A DNA stretch of 64,000 nucleotides from an uncultured Acidobacteriaceae bacterium (GTDB taxonomy: Bacteria; Acidobacteriota; Terriglobia; Terriglobales; Acidobacteriaceae), in the NCBI GenBank assembly GCA_963839155.1, contig CAWITY010000003.1, forward strand, positions 138,184 to 202,183, in the 5' to 3' direction. This document shows, piece by piece, positions 28,254 to 38,067 of the stretch; positions within the stretch are counted from its first letter, which is position 1; every line of letters begins with the position of its first letter. A program made the position numbers and the translations under genes. Below the pieces are notes generated by a model. It had not been told where the DNA came from, did not search any database, and saw only the letters and a list, made by a program, of their open reading frames with translations.

Positions 28254-29453
28254 TCAAACCTGCCTCACATCGGGCAAACCCCGCAAAGAATCAACCTGAT
28301 CGGACCACGCCTGCAGCATCCGCCTGCGATCCTCAGCGTATTCGGCCCGGTTGTAGATGCGCTTCACCCCCGCAGCCTTATGGTTCAGACACTTCTCGAT
28401 CCACTTCTCTTCCCATCCCATCTCGCTTAATCGAGTCGTGGCTGTTCGCCTCAAGTCATGAACAGTGAAGTGAGGTATTTTCACTGACACTCTTGCAAGC
28501 TGTTTATTCAGTGTGCTTTTGGAGATGGCTGCCCACTTGCCATTGATCGCAGGCAACACGCATCCAACGCGATCATCGGGCGCGGCCAGGCGCTCAACCA
28601 GCGCCGTTGCCTGCTTACTCAGGTAGACAATCTGCCCCTGCCCCATCTTGTCGTGCTCTGCCGGGATCGCCCATTCACCCAGCTTGAAATCGAACTCCGT
28701 CCAATCCGCCAGCCGCAATGCGCTCTTGCGAACTAACGTCAACAGAATCAATTCCAAAGCGATCTTGTACCGCAGTGCAATCGGCGCCGCATCCAACGCC
28801 CGCAGAAACGCGCCGATCTCCGCTTCACTCAACGCGCGGTCGCGTTTCACCTGTTCGGCAATGTACTTCGGCGGAATCGCATGGGCCGGATTGCTCTCAA
28901 TCACCCCGCAAACAATGGCGTAATCGCACATCCGCTTGATTACGTTGCGGATGGCCAGCGCCGCCGATCTATGCCCGGTCGCCTTGCGCGCAAACACGAT
29001 CTCCCGAACGTGATCGGCATGAATCGACGCCAGCGGCAAGTGTCCCAGCGCGGGATACACGTCGCGCTCAAGATATCGCCGCACATCGGCAGGGCTTTGG
29101 CGATCCTCCGCCACAATCTCGCGCAAGTAACGCTCTCCAAAGTCTTTAACCGTCGATTTCTTGAGCTTGCCAATCTTCGCGCGGCGTTTCAGGTCTGCAG
29201 GCGATTCGCCTTTTGCCACGGCTGCGGCCAACTCATCCCGCTTTTTCTTGGCCTTTTCGATGGTCACGGCTGGAAAGTGGCCCAGGTAGACGTTCGCCTG
29301 TCTTCCGGCCAGCATGTAGCGGTAGAGCCAACTCAAAGTTCCGCTCGGCTGAACCTCCAAACACAGCCCGTGGCCCGCTGAGACCGTGTATCGGCGCTCT
29401 TTGGGCCTCAATGCCTCAATATCCGCAACTTTCAAGGGTTTCAGAGTGCCCAT
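28254..29453 (-). CDS. P4-like tyrosine integrase with arm-binding domain
   Basis: GL.LEV.PSG..SW..RY...G; R, HDLRRT, LNH and Y catalytic residues present. Confidence 0.93.
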   Translation of the reverse strand: MGTLKPLKVADIEALRPKERRYTVSAGHGLCLEVQPSGTLSWLYRYMLAGRQANVYLGHFPAVTIEKAKKKRDELAAAVAKGESPADLKRRAKIGKLKKSTVKDFGERYLREIVAEDRQSPADVRRYLERDVYPALGHLPLASIHADHVREIVFARKATGHRSAALAIRNVIKRMCDYAIVCGVIESNPAHAIPPKYIAEQVKRDRALSEAEIGAFLRALDAAPIALRYKIALELILLTLVRKSALRLADWTEFDFKLGEWAIPAEHDKMGQGQIVYLSKQATALVERLAAPDDRVGCVLPAINGKWAAISKSTLNKQLARVSVKIPHFTVHDLRRTATTRLSEMGWEEKWIEKCLNHKAAGVKRIYNRAEYAEDRRRMLQAWSDQVDSLRGLPDVRQV

Positions 29454-29544
29454 GTATGCAGAATGTGTACGCGAAGCGGTTTTCGCGCAACTAACAGCCC
29501 TGAAATCAGAGGCAGGCTATTTATAGGGTAAGAAAATTCCCGAT

Positions 29545-29874
29545 TCAACCGCAGTGCCCTGTCTCGGGATAGGTTCCCGGCCGCAGATTGATGAGCACGG
29601 TCGCGCTGCCGATGCCATACATCTCAAGCGTGGCGTCGGCAATGGAGATTCCCCGCGTTCCACCCTTCACTGGCCGTTGAAGATCGTGGAACGTGTCCAT
29701 GTACTTTCCCGCGTCTTTGCGGATACCTGGCCGCCAGTCATCTGGCGTGATCCTCCATTCGATAGGAGCGCCGTTCATGAAGTGAATCGCGTCAGCTTCC
29801 ACGCGCGGCCCGAACTGGCTACCGAGTTTTAGAGACAAAGGCTCCCCGAAGACGCACTGATACTTCAAAATCAT
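29545..29874 (-). CDS. Hypothetical phage protein
   Basis: Last ORF of the early operon; purine-rich SD. Confidence 0.5.
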   Translation of the reverse strand: MILKYQCVFGEPLSLKLGSQFGPRVEADAIHFMNGAPIEWRITPDDWRPGIRKDAGKYMDTFHDLQRPVKGGTRGISIADATLEMYGIGSATVLINLRPGTYPETGHCG

Positions 29875-29896
29875 CGTGTTCTCTTTTCTGGATTGA

Positions 29897-30682
29897 TTAC
29901 AGAGAGGCAGTGGAATCGTGTTTAGCAGCGATCCCAAAGAGTTCCGCAAGACGCTCGTAATCCCGCTCTCGTGCCTTGCGAATGCCGTGATAACTAAGCG
30001 CCTGCTCTATCGATTCGAGCGGCTCATTTGACCACTTGAGTTTTCCCGCCGCAATGTCAGCAACAGCGTCGATCACGTTACGCAGCCGCGTTGCGGAGAC
30101 CTCTTCGTTGCGCACGATCCGATCCTCTTTGGCTTGCTCACGCCATCGCGCATAGCGCGTGTGATGATCTCTTCTCACCGCAATTGAGAGAATCACGTCG
30201 CGCTGCATCTCCACCGCGGCACTCAAGAGAGCCGGAACTCTAACGCACCGCATGTGATCCGATGATTCGATGTACTCAAGAATTCCCCAATCCTCGGGCC
30301 ATTCCGCCGGACTGACGAGGCCGTGCGGCACGGCCAGATATGCAACATCGGTCGGGATCGGAAGTTTCCACTTCTTATCGCCCACGAAATCAGAGCGCGA
30401 AGTCTTCACTTCTACAAGACAGGTCATCACACGTTGAAGGCTGTAGGCGTGTTGATACCACGCCTCACAGTTTGAGTTTTTCCAATGCGGTCTGGACGTA
30501 ATGAACTTTAGCTTGCGAAGTTCGGTAAGCGTGGGAGCCAACACGCCGCCGAGATCTGCGATCCATCCGGCCTGGATTGGAACTTCACTCTCCAAAGGCT
30601 TGCACCCACGATCTTCAAGCCATGCCACTGTTGCTTTCGTTACAGCGTGTGTGAGTTCAGTTTTGTTGCGGTCGAGAATCAT
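29897..30682 (-). CDS. MmcB-like PD-(D/E)XK nuclease-fold protein
   Basis: IADL...VEVKTSRSDF..DKKW...Y...P.GLV...E.PE.WGI. Confidence 0.75.
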   Translation of the reverse strand: MILDRNKTELTHAVTKATVAWLEDRGCKPLESEVPIQAGWIADLGGVLAPTLTELRKLKFITSRPHWKNSNCEAWYQHAYSLQRVMTCLVEVKTSRSDFVGDKKWKLPIPTDVAYLAVPHGLVSPAEWPEDWGILEYIESSDHMRCVRVPALLSAAVEMQRDVILSIAVRRDHHTRYARWREQAKEDRIVRNEEVSATRLRNVIDAVADIAAGKLKWSNEPLESIEQALSYHGIRKARERDYERLAELFGIAAKHDSTASL

Positions 30683-32313
30683 GCGATCACCGCCCCAACC
30701 AGCGCCGCGGCCATTGGTGGAGGCACAGCGTTGCCGATCTGTTTGACCACTGCCTCGCGATTGCCCGTGAATTCGTAACTGTCCGGGAATCCCTGCGCCC
30801 TGGCCAGTTCGCGCGGTTGCAACATCCTGAATCGAATGTCGAGCATGTACCGCTCGGTGCGCGCCTCAACCACTGCGAAGCGATCCTTTGTGGTCACCGT
30901 TGGAACCGGCTCATCCGCGCCGCTCATGTTCTCAGTTCCGTAGTAAGAAACAAGGAATGGTTCGCATACGCCTTCCCCCATGCTGCCTGTCACCGTTCCA
31001 AGTGGGTCATCCACTGACCTGCTCCGCCGGGTGGTATCGCCTTCGCCGTGATTGACAGTGATGAGATAAGGTGTCACGAGCGCGCGATTCTCTTTGGTGA
31101 CCAGTGTCCCCACCGGAGTGTTGACCGAATGCGCCGCGTTTTGCCCGCTCCCCGAGTGATCGATAGGCAACAGGAACGGTTCAACCAATGAGAGATCGCA
31201 CGAGGATGCGGTCACAGTCCGGATCGGCGTGTCGATGCTGTGTGGCTGGTCGTGCTCTCTCGGATGCGGCATGATGAACGGTTCCACAATAGCGGTGTGG
31301 CTTTCCGTCACCACCGTTGCAAGCGGCTGTCCGACGCTCTGCGGGTTGCGGCCTTTGCCTTCCGGTCCGCCGGCCTGCACGATGAAAGGCTCGACCAGTC
31401 CAACATTCGCGCCCATCGTTGTCAGAGTCGGCACCGGGCCGTCAATCGAAACCGCGTCTTGATTGTTGCGGAACACTACCAGGAACGGTCGCAGATCCTC
31501 AGCCACGCACTTACTCAGGTCAACATCGATCCCGCAAAACTTCCGCAGCCCGGCTTCGATGCGGCGCAGTGTCTTTTCAGCCAGCGGCTTTTTCCGTCCG
31601 AAGATCGAGCGCGAAGGCAGCTTCCAGTTGATGATCTCCCGCGCTGTCTTCCAGGGCTTTCGCGTATCGGTGAACATTGGCAGCGAACCGCCCTTCGCCG
31701 CTGGACGCACATGAGTAGGCTCGGGCCACACGATCTTTTTGTTGCCACGCCTGGCAATCAGAAAGAACCGCTTCCGCGTGGTGGGCGCGCCGTAATCAGC
31801 GCAATTCAACACGCGATATTCCGCCTTGTATCCCAACGCTTTGAGGCTGGCCACGAACTGTTGGAAGAGTTCTCCGCGCTTCGATTTCATCGGCCTTCCG
31901 TTCGCGCCCAACGGTCCCCAACTTTGGAACTCGGGTACGTTCTCGATGATGAGGTTATCGATGTAAAGCACCTGTGCCCAGCGCAGGATGTGCCAGGCCG
32001 ATGCGCGGCTCTGATCGTTGCAGGGCCTTCCGCCGCGCGCAACCGAGTGGTGAGTGCATTCAGGAGAAGCGCAGAGAATGTCCAACCGGCCGCCGGGAAC
32101 CAGCTTGAGCGGGTCAACAACATCCACGCCCGTGCAAAGGTTCTGCGCCTCGGGATGGTTGAGCGAGTGCGTGTCGATGGCAACCTGCCAATGGTTGATA
32201 GCCAGCAAGTGAAGGTCCGCATTGATGCGGTTCGCAGCCATGAGCATCCCCTGCGAAGTTCCGCCGGCGCCACAGAACAAGTCTGCCGCCATGATCGTTC
32301 GTGACTTACCCAT
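30679..32313 (-). CDS. C5 cytosine DNA methyltransferase with repeat-expanded variable region
   Basis: DLFCGAGG, SPECTHHS, IENV, YGAPTTRKR, ELARAQGFP, QIGNAVPP. Confidence 0.95.
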   Translation of the reverse strand: MGKSRTIMAADLFCGAGGTSQGMLMAANRINADLHLLAINHWQVAIDTHSLNHPEAQNLCTGVDVVDPLKLVPGGRLDILCASPECTHHSVARGGRPCNDQSRASAWHILRWAQVLYIDNLIIENVPEFQSWGPLGANGRPMKSKRGELFQQFVASLKALGYKAEYRVLNCADYGAPTTRKRFFLIARRGNKKIVWPEPTHVRPAAKGGSLPMFTDTRKPWKTAREIINWKLPSRSIFGRKKPLAEKTLRRIEAGLRKFCGIDVDLSKCVAEDLRPFLVVFRNNQDAVSIDGPVPTLTTMGANVGLVEPFIVQAGGPEGKGRNPQSVGQPLATVVTESHTAIVEPFIMPHPREHDQPHSIDTPIRTVTASSCDLSLVEPFLLPIDHSGSGQNAAHSVNTPVGTLVTKENRALVTPYLITVNHGEGDTTRRSRSVDDPLGTVTGSMGEGVCEPFLVSYYGTENMSGADEPVPTVTTKDRFAVVEARTERYMLDIRFRMLQPRELARAQGFPDSYEFTGNREAVVKQIGNAVPPPMAAALVGAVIA

Positions 32314-33253
32314 TGACCGTGACCCCCGGAAACTCCATCCACTCGCGCCCGTCCAACAGCGGCTCAGGTTTCTCTTTGCCGACGCGCATCATGCGGTCGA
32401 GCGGGCCGAAGTCCTGCTCTTTGATCTCCGATGGATACGCCCAATAGCTGATCTGGCCTTCGTCTTCGCGGTTGCTCGAAACGGAAGTGACCATCTGGAT
32501 CAGCTTGCCAGCGTACTCAGGCTTGAGAATGTGGCAGATGGTTTTCGGCGCCCACTCGCCCCATTGTTTGAACAGGAACGGAATGCCCGCATCCGCGCAT
32601 TGATCCCGCAACCGCCGCGCCCAATCCGGGTGCATGGGACGCGCAAGCGGTGTGCTCTCGCCGCCGCAGATCACCCATCCCAACAGCCACCGTTCCGTAT
32701 CGCGCAGGTCAATCGCACCGAGCATCGGTTCACAACTCAGAAAGAACGGCGTGATCTCCCGGCACAGTCCCAACAGTTCGGCGGCGAACTTGAACCGCTC
32801 ATCGAACCGCTGCTGATCTTCGGCGGTGAATCCCAGCCGAACGCGCGCCGGCCATTTTTCACGCCATGATCCTGGCAGCATGGCCTTCCAGTTCTCCGGC
32901 CTCTTTGTGAGCAACAGGGTTTCCAGATGTGTGCAGGCTTCAATCTCTTTCCAAAGCCGCTCACGCGCACCCGCCGGCGCTTTGGCGTCGAAGGTATCGG
33001 AGAGCGAATTGACGAACACCCGCCGCATGACGCCCGCGCGCTCTGCCTTGCGATCCCACGCCCTCAGCTTCGCCCAGTTGGAATCGCTCGTCACGCGCCG
33101 CGGCGCATTCACGCCCCATCCGCCGCCGGTCCAATTCCACAGCTTGTTTTGCGCCTCGGCGTAGCAATGCAGGCACCCCGGCGAAGCATATTCACAGCCG
33201 ATCCAGGCGTTGAACGTATGATCGCACCACGCTATTTTCGTCACTTCACCCAT
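32306..33253 (-). CDS. DUF5131 (Gp37/Gp68) family protein
   Basis: I.WCDHTFN.WIGC...SPGC.HCYAE, VFVNSLSD, LLTKRP, WVICGGES, FKQWGEW. Confidence 0.9.
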   Translation of the reverse strand: MGEVTKIAWCDHTFNAWIGCEYASPGCLHCYAEAQNKLWNWTGGGWGVNAPRRVTSDSNWAKLRAWDRKAERAGVMRRVFVNSLSDTFDAKAPAGARERLWKEIEACTHLETLLLTKRPENWKAMLPGSWREKWPARVRLGFTAEDQQRFDERFKFAAELLGLCREITPFFLSCEPMLGAIDLRDTERWLLGWVICGGESTPLARPMHPDWARRLRDQCADAGIPFLFKQWGEWAPKTICHILKPEYAGKLIQMVTSVSSNREDEGQISYWAYPSEIKEQDFGPLDRMMRVGKEKPEPLLDGREWMEFPGVTVNG

Positions 33254-33962
33254 TTGCAACCTCCGTAACCTGCTTGAAACTCAATGCCCACACCCACGGA
33301 TTTTTGTCCCATCCGAAGCCGCGCTTGAGGTTGATGGAATCCCAAAGACTACGGAAGCTATCGCGGGCCGAGTAACACGGTGCATCGTCTTCGCCGGCGA
33401 GATAGTCCAACCACCCGTGCTCTTTCTCGTTCCATCCGCTCAAGTCACCGCACCAATTCGGCTCAACGCCTTCGGCCCGCGCATCCGCTTCGGTGATTTC
33501 CTGTAGCCGCTCAACGCGCAGGCTGGTCAGGTCTAAGGTGATGCGGCTGGCCCACCGAGGCATGAAGATTGAAGGACTCGCTTTGAGTTTGTAATCATTC
33601 GCCGCATCGCGATTCGGATTTGTGCTGAGGTATTGAACGATTCGCGGGAGTCCTTCTTCGTCTCTGGCGTTGCAATCGTGGCCGTCGTTCCACAACTTAG
33701 GCGCGATCACCGCTGTCTCCTTCACCCAAAGACGGTCGCCGGAAGTTCCATATCTGCAGTTCATTGGCGTTTCGCAGCCAGTTCCATCATCGGAGGACTC
33801 GCCGTCCATCGACTTGTACGGCCACCATCCCCCATCGCTGGTTTCCATGAGGACGAACGCGCCGGTGTTCGGAAAGGGAATAACCCGTCGCGTCATCGTC
33901 TTGCGGCCTTCCAAGATTGCACGAACCATCGGCCCGCTGAATAAGATCAGGCTCTCTTTCAC
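33246..33962 (-). CDS. ASCH-like phage protein
   Basis: ILFSGPMVRAILEGRKTMTRR, PSIFMPRWASRI, WDKNPWVW. Confidence 0.8.
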   Translation of the reverse strand: MKESLILFSGPMVRAILEGRKTMTRRVIPFPNTGAFVLMETSDGGWWPYKSMDGESSDDGTGCETPMNCRYGTSGDRLWVKETAVIAPKLWNDGHDCNARDEEGLPRIVQYLSTNPNRDAANDYKLKASPSIFMPRWASRITLDLTSLRVERLQEITEADARAEGVEPNWCGDLSGWNEKEHGWLDYLAGEDDAPCYSARDSFRSLWDSINLKRGFGWDKNPWVWALSFKQVTEVANG

Positions 33963-33971
33963 TTCGTCTCC

Positions 33972-34469
33972 TTACGCTGCAAAAAGGTTCATCTGGTCGA
34001 GCGCGGGCACAATGCGCCATGCCTCGAACAGCGGTTCGTCGTCGTCCGGCGGCTCGGTGGCGCTGATCGCTTCAAGCCGCTCCCAGGTTTCATCGTTGTC
34101 AAAGTCCCCGGCCTCGTCGATAGCGTTCAACAAAGCCACGCGCTCGGCGTCCGCATCGATCCCCAATTGCTCACAACACTCGGGGAAGCTCACGAACCGG
34201 CGCTTCGACACAGAGCCAGGCGCAGAGGTTGCAATCCAATCGCGGGCCAGCAGCGCCGCATCCGTGGGCCTGTCCGTTGGCTTCGCGCCGGGCGCGGGCA
34301 TGGCCTGCAGCACACCGCGCGATTCAGGAAAGATCGCCAGATCGCAGTTCGCGTCGATCAGCGCAACCTGGATGAACCGCACATAGAACTGCATGACCGG
34401 CGTGTAATTCCAATGCGGCCTGTCCGCCTGCCACTTGCTCACGTCCAACTTGGATTGCTGTGCCATCAT
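33972..34469 (-). CDS. Hypothetical phage protein
   Basis: ATGA-coupled within the early operon. Confidence 0.6.
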   Translation of the reverse strand: MMAQQSKLDVSKWQADRPHWNYTPVMQFYVRFIQVALIDANCDLAIFPESRGVLQAMPAPGAKPTDRPTDAALLARDWIATSAPGSVSKRRFVSFPECCEQLGIDADAERVALLNAIDEAGDFDNDETWERLEAISATEPPDDDEPLFEAWRIVPALDQMNLFAA

Positions 34470-34867
34470 TGCCTCGGTTTCGTGCCTTTGAATCCGGGGA
34501 ACCGCCTGAGCAATTCCTCTTTGTCATTGCCGGTGTATTCCATCCACCACCCCGCCCAGGTCCAGAATTCTTCGATCTCAACCAATCGCTCTGCGGCCTT
34601 GCGTTGCTCTTCGCGGCGCCTGCTTCGCATTGCCTGCAACGGCTCGGTTAGATCACCCAGCGCGGGGAAGGCCGTTTCTCCCTCAGCGCGTTTCCGCCTG
34701 GCAAACGAGCGAACCACCGTCCGCACATCTTCCAGATCGAACTCAGAAAGGTTGTACGCATACAGTTCCAGAGTCTTGTCGCTCACCGCTCCCTGGCGCG
34801 CCTCCGCAAGCCCCGTCAGAGTGGCGATTAACGATAGCTGCCGCGGCACGTCTTGCAGCTTCGACAT
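34466..34867 (-). CDS. Hypothetical replication-associated protein
   Basis: Overlaps the replication gene end; Y...LS.F....V...FP pattern. Confidence 0.5.
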   Translation of the reverse strand: MSKLQDVPRQLSLIATLTGLAEARQGAVSDKTLELYAYNLSEFDLEDVRTVVRSFARRKRAEGETAFPALGDLTEPLQAMRSRRREEQRKAAERLVEIEEFWTWAGWWMEYTGNDKEELLRRFPGFKGTKPRQ

Positions 34868-35642
34868 TGCCGTCTGTCCGCTGCTGGCCACGGTTTGCAA
34901 ACCCGTTTCCACTTCCATTCCCGCCTCCCCCGGGCTTGCCCCGGTCCTGCGCCCTCGTCAACCAACTCACCACGAAAGCCGTAACGCCGCGCGCTGTCTT
35001 GCGCCGTTTCGGATTGGCCTGCAGCCACTCCCGCATCATGTACAACTCCTGCATCACGTCCGTGCCGGGGAAAGCCTGTTGCCATCCGGGCATCCGGTCG
35101 CGTTCGACGGCAAAGTCCGTGCCGTTTGCCAGAGGAAAAAACAGGACAGGATCAACCGGCGTCGAGCTTGCCTCGGCGCAAGAGTCTTTTTCTTTACTGT
35201 CTCTGTCTCTGTCTACTGTCTCTGTCGTCGCGTGGATGCTGTCTGTATGTTGCCGTGCATGATCTCTTGCAGGTTCTCCTGCATGATCCCTTGCATGATT
35301 TCGTGCATCGTTCATGCGTTGGGTACGGACGAGGTAAGATTCATGCCGCTTGTGCGCTTCGCTCCATTGCTTGTATTGCATCCTGTTAAACAGACGCCCG
35401 GCTTCGTCGCGCTCGAACTCCGGCAATACCTCATCCGCAATCCGCTTCCACCGCGGACCCATGCGGCTCAACTTTGCCAGTTGCGCCACGTCCGCCGGCA
35501 GCTTGCCGTCTTCGGTTTGGAATTGAGCCATGAGCAGGTTGTGAAAGCCGCGATACGCCGCGTCTGTGAACGCCTGCACCGTCGCGCTTGCCTGCCATGC
35601 GTCAATCACATGGGGATACCACTGCTGCCATTCGCTGGCCAT
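34743..35642 (-). CDS. DUF1376/YdaU-like phage replication protein
   Basis: WYP....W......LL..Q....G.LP.D...LA; repeated ARDH linker; C-terminal W...NP...KT..G...F...WL.R.Q. Confidence 0.75.
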   Translation of the reverse strand: MASEWQQWYPHVIDAWQASATVQAFTDAAYRGFHNLLMAQFQTEDGKLPADVAQLAKLSRMGPRWKRIADEVLPEFERDEAGRLFNRMQYKQWSEAHKRHESYLVRTQRMNDARNHARDHAGEPARDHARQHTDSIHATTETVDRDRDSKEKDSCAEASSTPVDPVLFFPLANGTDFAVERDRMPGWQQAFPGTDVMQELYMMREWLQANPKRRKTARGVTAFVVSWLTRAQDRGKPGGGGNGSGNGFANRGQQRTDGNVEAARRAAAAIVNRHSDGACGGAPGSGERQDSGTVCVQPF

Positions 35643-36049
35643 CAGGCAACCTTCCTTGCCAAGTGCATCATCCGTTCGATCCGTTGCGTCTCGGTGAACC
35701 TCGGAACACTCTTCACTGGCATCTTGCGTACATTCGTCCTTGTGCGCCGCATCTTCGTGTTGTTGTAATGAAGCATCAGCAACCGCGCGTCCTCGCTCAT
35801 TCTGTCCAGCCATTCGACGCCAATCGATTCAACCTTGCGCCGGGATACCTGATACCGATCCACGTAGCTCTGGATTGCCAGTGAGCGTTTCGAGTTGCGA
35901 CCGGAAATACCTAACTCGGTTTTCTTTGAGGTCACAGCCGAAACGGTTCATCCCAAGTCGAGCGCCGCTTGCTTGTTTGTCATAGCGGGTGCGATCTCTG
36001 CCAGGCGCATGACCGCATCCCGCGTCCACTTGAAGTAATGCCGTCCCAT
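35642..36049 (-). pseudogene. HTH/Myb-like early protein with in-frame TGA at codon 34 (35948-35950)
   Basis: MGRHYFKWTRDAVMRLAEIAPAMTNKQAALDLG*TVSAVTSKKTELGI continues in frame into ORF 35642..35935; GGAG SD. Confidence 0.75.
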
Positions 36050-36052
36050 GGG

Positions 36053-37207
36053 TCACTTCTCCAGCCGCAACGGCATCACAATGTAATCCAGCGTTTCGCC
36101 GTCCTTCGGCGTGGCTTTGAAGAGAAGCGGGGATTGGTTCGTCTTCGGCAGCGCAATGCGCACGTCGCCTTCCAGGCGCTTGAGCAGTTGAATCAGATAA
36201 CCCGCGTTGACGCCCACGCGCAACGGTTCTTTCGGAGAGCCGACGCAATCTACCGTCTCCGTCGCTTCGCCGGCCTGGGGATCGGAACTCTCGATGATGA
36301 TCTGTTCGCCGAAGGTCACCGCAACCGCCGAGGTCTCCGCATTGCTCAACAACACGCAACGCTCAAGGCTCAACAGAAAATCCCGTGCGCTGGCGCTCAC
36401 TTCGAGGCGCTTCTCTTTGGGCAACACCGCTTCCCAACTCGGAAAGGCCCCGGTGATCTTGCGGCATGAAACAAACACCGGCGTATCCGCGGCCACGCTG
36501 GCCAGGATCATCGATTCGTTGAAGGCCAGGTCAATGCCGTCGTCTTCGCCAACCAACAGCGGCAACAGCGCTTTGATAAGCCGCGCGGGAAGCAGCAGCG
36601 TGATCTTCTCTGCGCTGGGCATCGTGTAAATGGTCATGCAATGGCCGTCCGTCGAGACCATGCGCAAGGTCGTGCCGTCGCCAACCAGCAACACGCCGTT
36701 CAGCGCGGGCCGCTCTTCGGTTCCAACCGTGATGAACGCGAAGCGCAGGGCGCGGGCCAGGTCGCTTTGCTTGAGCGTGATGCCTTCGTTGTCCAGCTTG
36801 AAGATGCGGTTATCGGGCCATGCCGACGCGGTGAGAATCGGCAGCGTGGCCTTCGTGCGTCCGCAGTGCATCGTCGCGCGGCGGTCCGTGGCGCTCAGTT
36901 TCACATCGTCGCCTGCCAACAGCTTCACCCAACTCAGAAACCTGTCCGCCGGGATCACAACCGGGCGCGGCAGGCTGCTGGTCTCCGGACACAACGCGCG
37001 AATCGCGAGAGTGAGGTCCGTGGTCTCGATGGCCAGGCCCTCGGGCAACTGCTCGATGCGCACCGATTGCAACACCGGGATCGAGGCGTTGCCGCGCGGG
37101 ATCGCCGGCCCCACAACCTTGAGCGCGTGTTGCAGATGAACCAGACTGATCGCCGCTTTCATCGGGGCGGATTCAGCGGCTTCCGTTTTTTCCAAAACTG
37201 CTGTCAT
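36053..37207 (-). CDS. dnaN: Phage-encoded DNA polymerase III beta sliding clamp
   Basis: IPVLQSV, TTDL, RPALNGV, STDGH, G.FP.WEAV.P, YIVMPLR. Confidence 0.9.
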   Translation of the reverse strand: MTAVLEKTEAAESAPMKAAISLVHLQHALKVVGPAIPRGNASIPVLQSVRIEQLPEGLAIETTDLTLAIRALCPETSSLPRPVVIPADRFLSWVKLLAGDDVKLSATDRRATMHCGRTKATLPILTASAWPDNRIFKLDNEGITLKQSDLARALRFAFITVGTEERPALNGVLLVGDGTTLRMVSTDGHCMTIYTMPSAEKITLLLPARLIKALLPLLVGEDDGIDLAFNESMILASVAADTPVFVSCRKITGAFPSWEAVLPKEKRLEVSASARDFLLSLERCVLLSNAETSAVAVTFGEQIIIESSDPQAGEATETVDCVGSPKEPLRVGVNAGYLIQLLKRLEGDVRIALPKTNQSPLLFKATPKDGETLDYIVMPLRLEK

Positions 37208-37245
37208 GACACTGCCTTTCTTTGAGGGTTGAGGGTGAGGGTTGC

Positions 37246-37710
37246 TTACGCGGCCTGCTCTTCGGGCAGAATCAGCAACCCGGCTTCGACCAGCTTCGCT
37301 GTCAGCCGGTCCAGGGCCGCGGGGAACTTGTACGAGATGGTGCGAAGGCTCATACCCAACAGACACGCGGCTTCGGCCTGGGTGTACTCCTGAATCACGA
37401 TCCGGGTGAGAATGTCCCGGTCGAGCGATGGCATCGACTTGATAACTTTCTCCATATCGACGACAAAGAGCATGGCGTCTTCAAAGCTGAGGATCGGGCG
37501 GCTTGAAACCCATCCGCGCCCGATGGGACTATGAAACGTACAGGCAATGCGGCAAGGCTGCATCGACGCATAGAGGTAGCGGCGCAACAGGCCGTGCGTG
37601 TGAGCGCGCAGATAGAACACATCCGCCGGGCAAGCCGGAACGCGGGTACGCGGGTAGTGTTGCTCGAATCGCATTTCGCCAACGGGAAGACTCGCACGGT
37701 TGCCGCTCAT
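37246..37710 (-). CDS. Sigma-70 region-4-like HTH protein, candidate late regulator
   Basis: L...DRDIL......EYTQAEAA.LLG.S.RT.... Confidence 0.7.
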   Translation of the reverse strand: MSGNRASLPVGEMRFEQHYPRTRVPACPADVFYLRAHTHGLLRRYLYASMQPCRIACTFHSPIGRGWVSSRPILSFEDAMLFVVDMEKVIKSMPSLDRDILTRIVIQEYTQAEAACLLGMSLRTISYKFPAALDRLTAKLVEAGLLILPEEQAA

Positions 37711-37901
37711 GCCTCTGCCTCGATCTCACGGAACATCTTCTGTTTGCGGGATGGGCGCCCGCGGCGCTTGCGGCTTTCGGGTGTGGGGAAATCGGCCAGC
37801 TTCGTATCGCAGGCCCGGCAATAGACTCCCTTGTTTTCCTGGCTGCGATACCAGAGGCGTCCGCAGCCCTCGCAGATCTTCAAGTCAACGCGCGATTCCA
37901 T
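37707..37901 (-). CDS. Small zinc-finger protein
   Basis: CEGC...CRAC. Confidence 0.7.
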   Translation of the reverse strand: MESRVDLKICEGCGRLWYRSQENKGVYCRACDTKLADFPTPESRKRRGRPSRKQKMFREIEAEA

Positions 37902-38067
37902 TGCGTTCCCCCAACTTCCAAAGCTGTTCGAGTTCGATTACTTCGCGCGCGGCCTTGCGGTCCTTGCGGTGTTTCAGCCAGCAGAGCAGGTATCCGCAGG
38001 CGACCATGATTGCAATCGTGAGCATGAGAGCAATCAACAACGGAAACAGGGTGTCATCGTCAATCAC
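37885..38067 (-). CDS. Small membrane protein
   Basis: Single hydrophobic helix; GTGA overlap with the HD gene. Confidence 0.5.
   Translation of the reverse strand: MIDDDTLFPLLIALMLTIAIMVACGYLLCWLKHRKDRKAAREVIELEQLWKLGERNGIAR

Noticed and set aside
34167-35768. 533-aa plus-strand ORF
   Set aside because: Antisense to coupled early genes; no recognisable domain.
1110-36049. Stop-codon reassignment in the phage
   Set aside because: The two internal stops are different codons (TAA, TGA), and both also terminate many intact phage genes with normal overlaps; point mutation is simpler.
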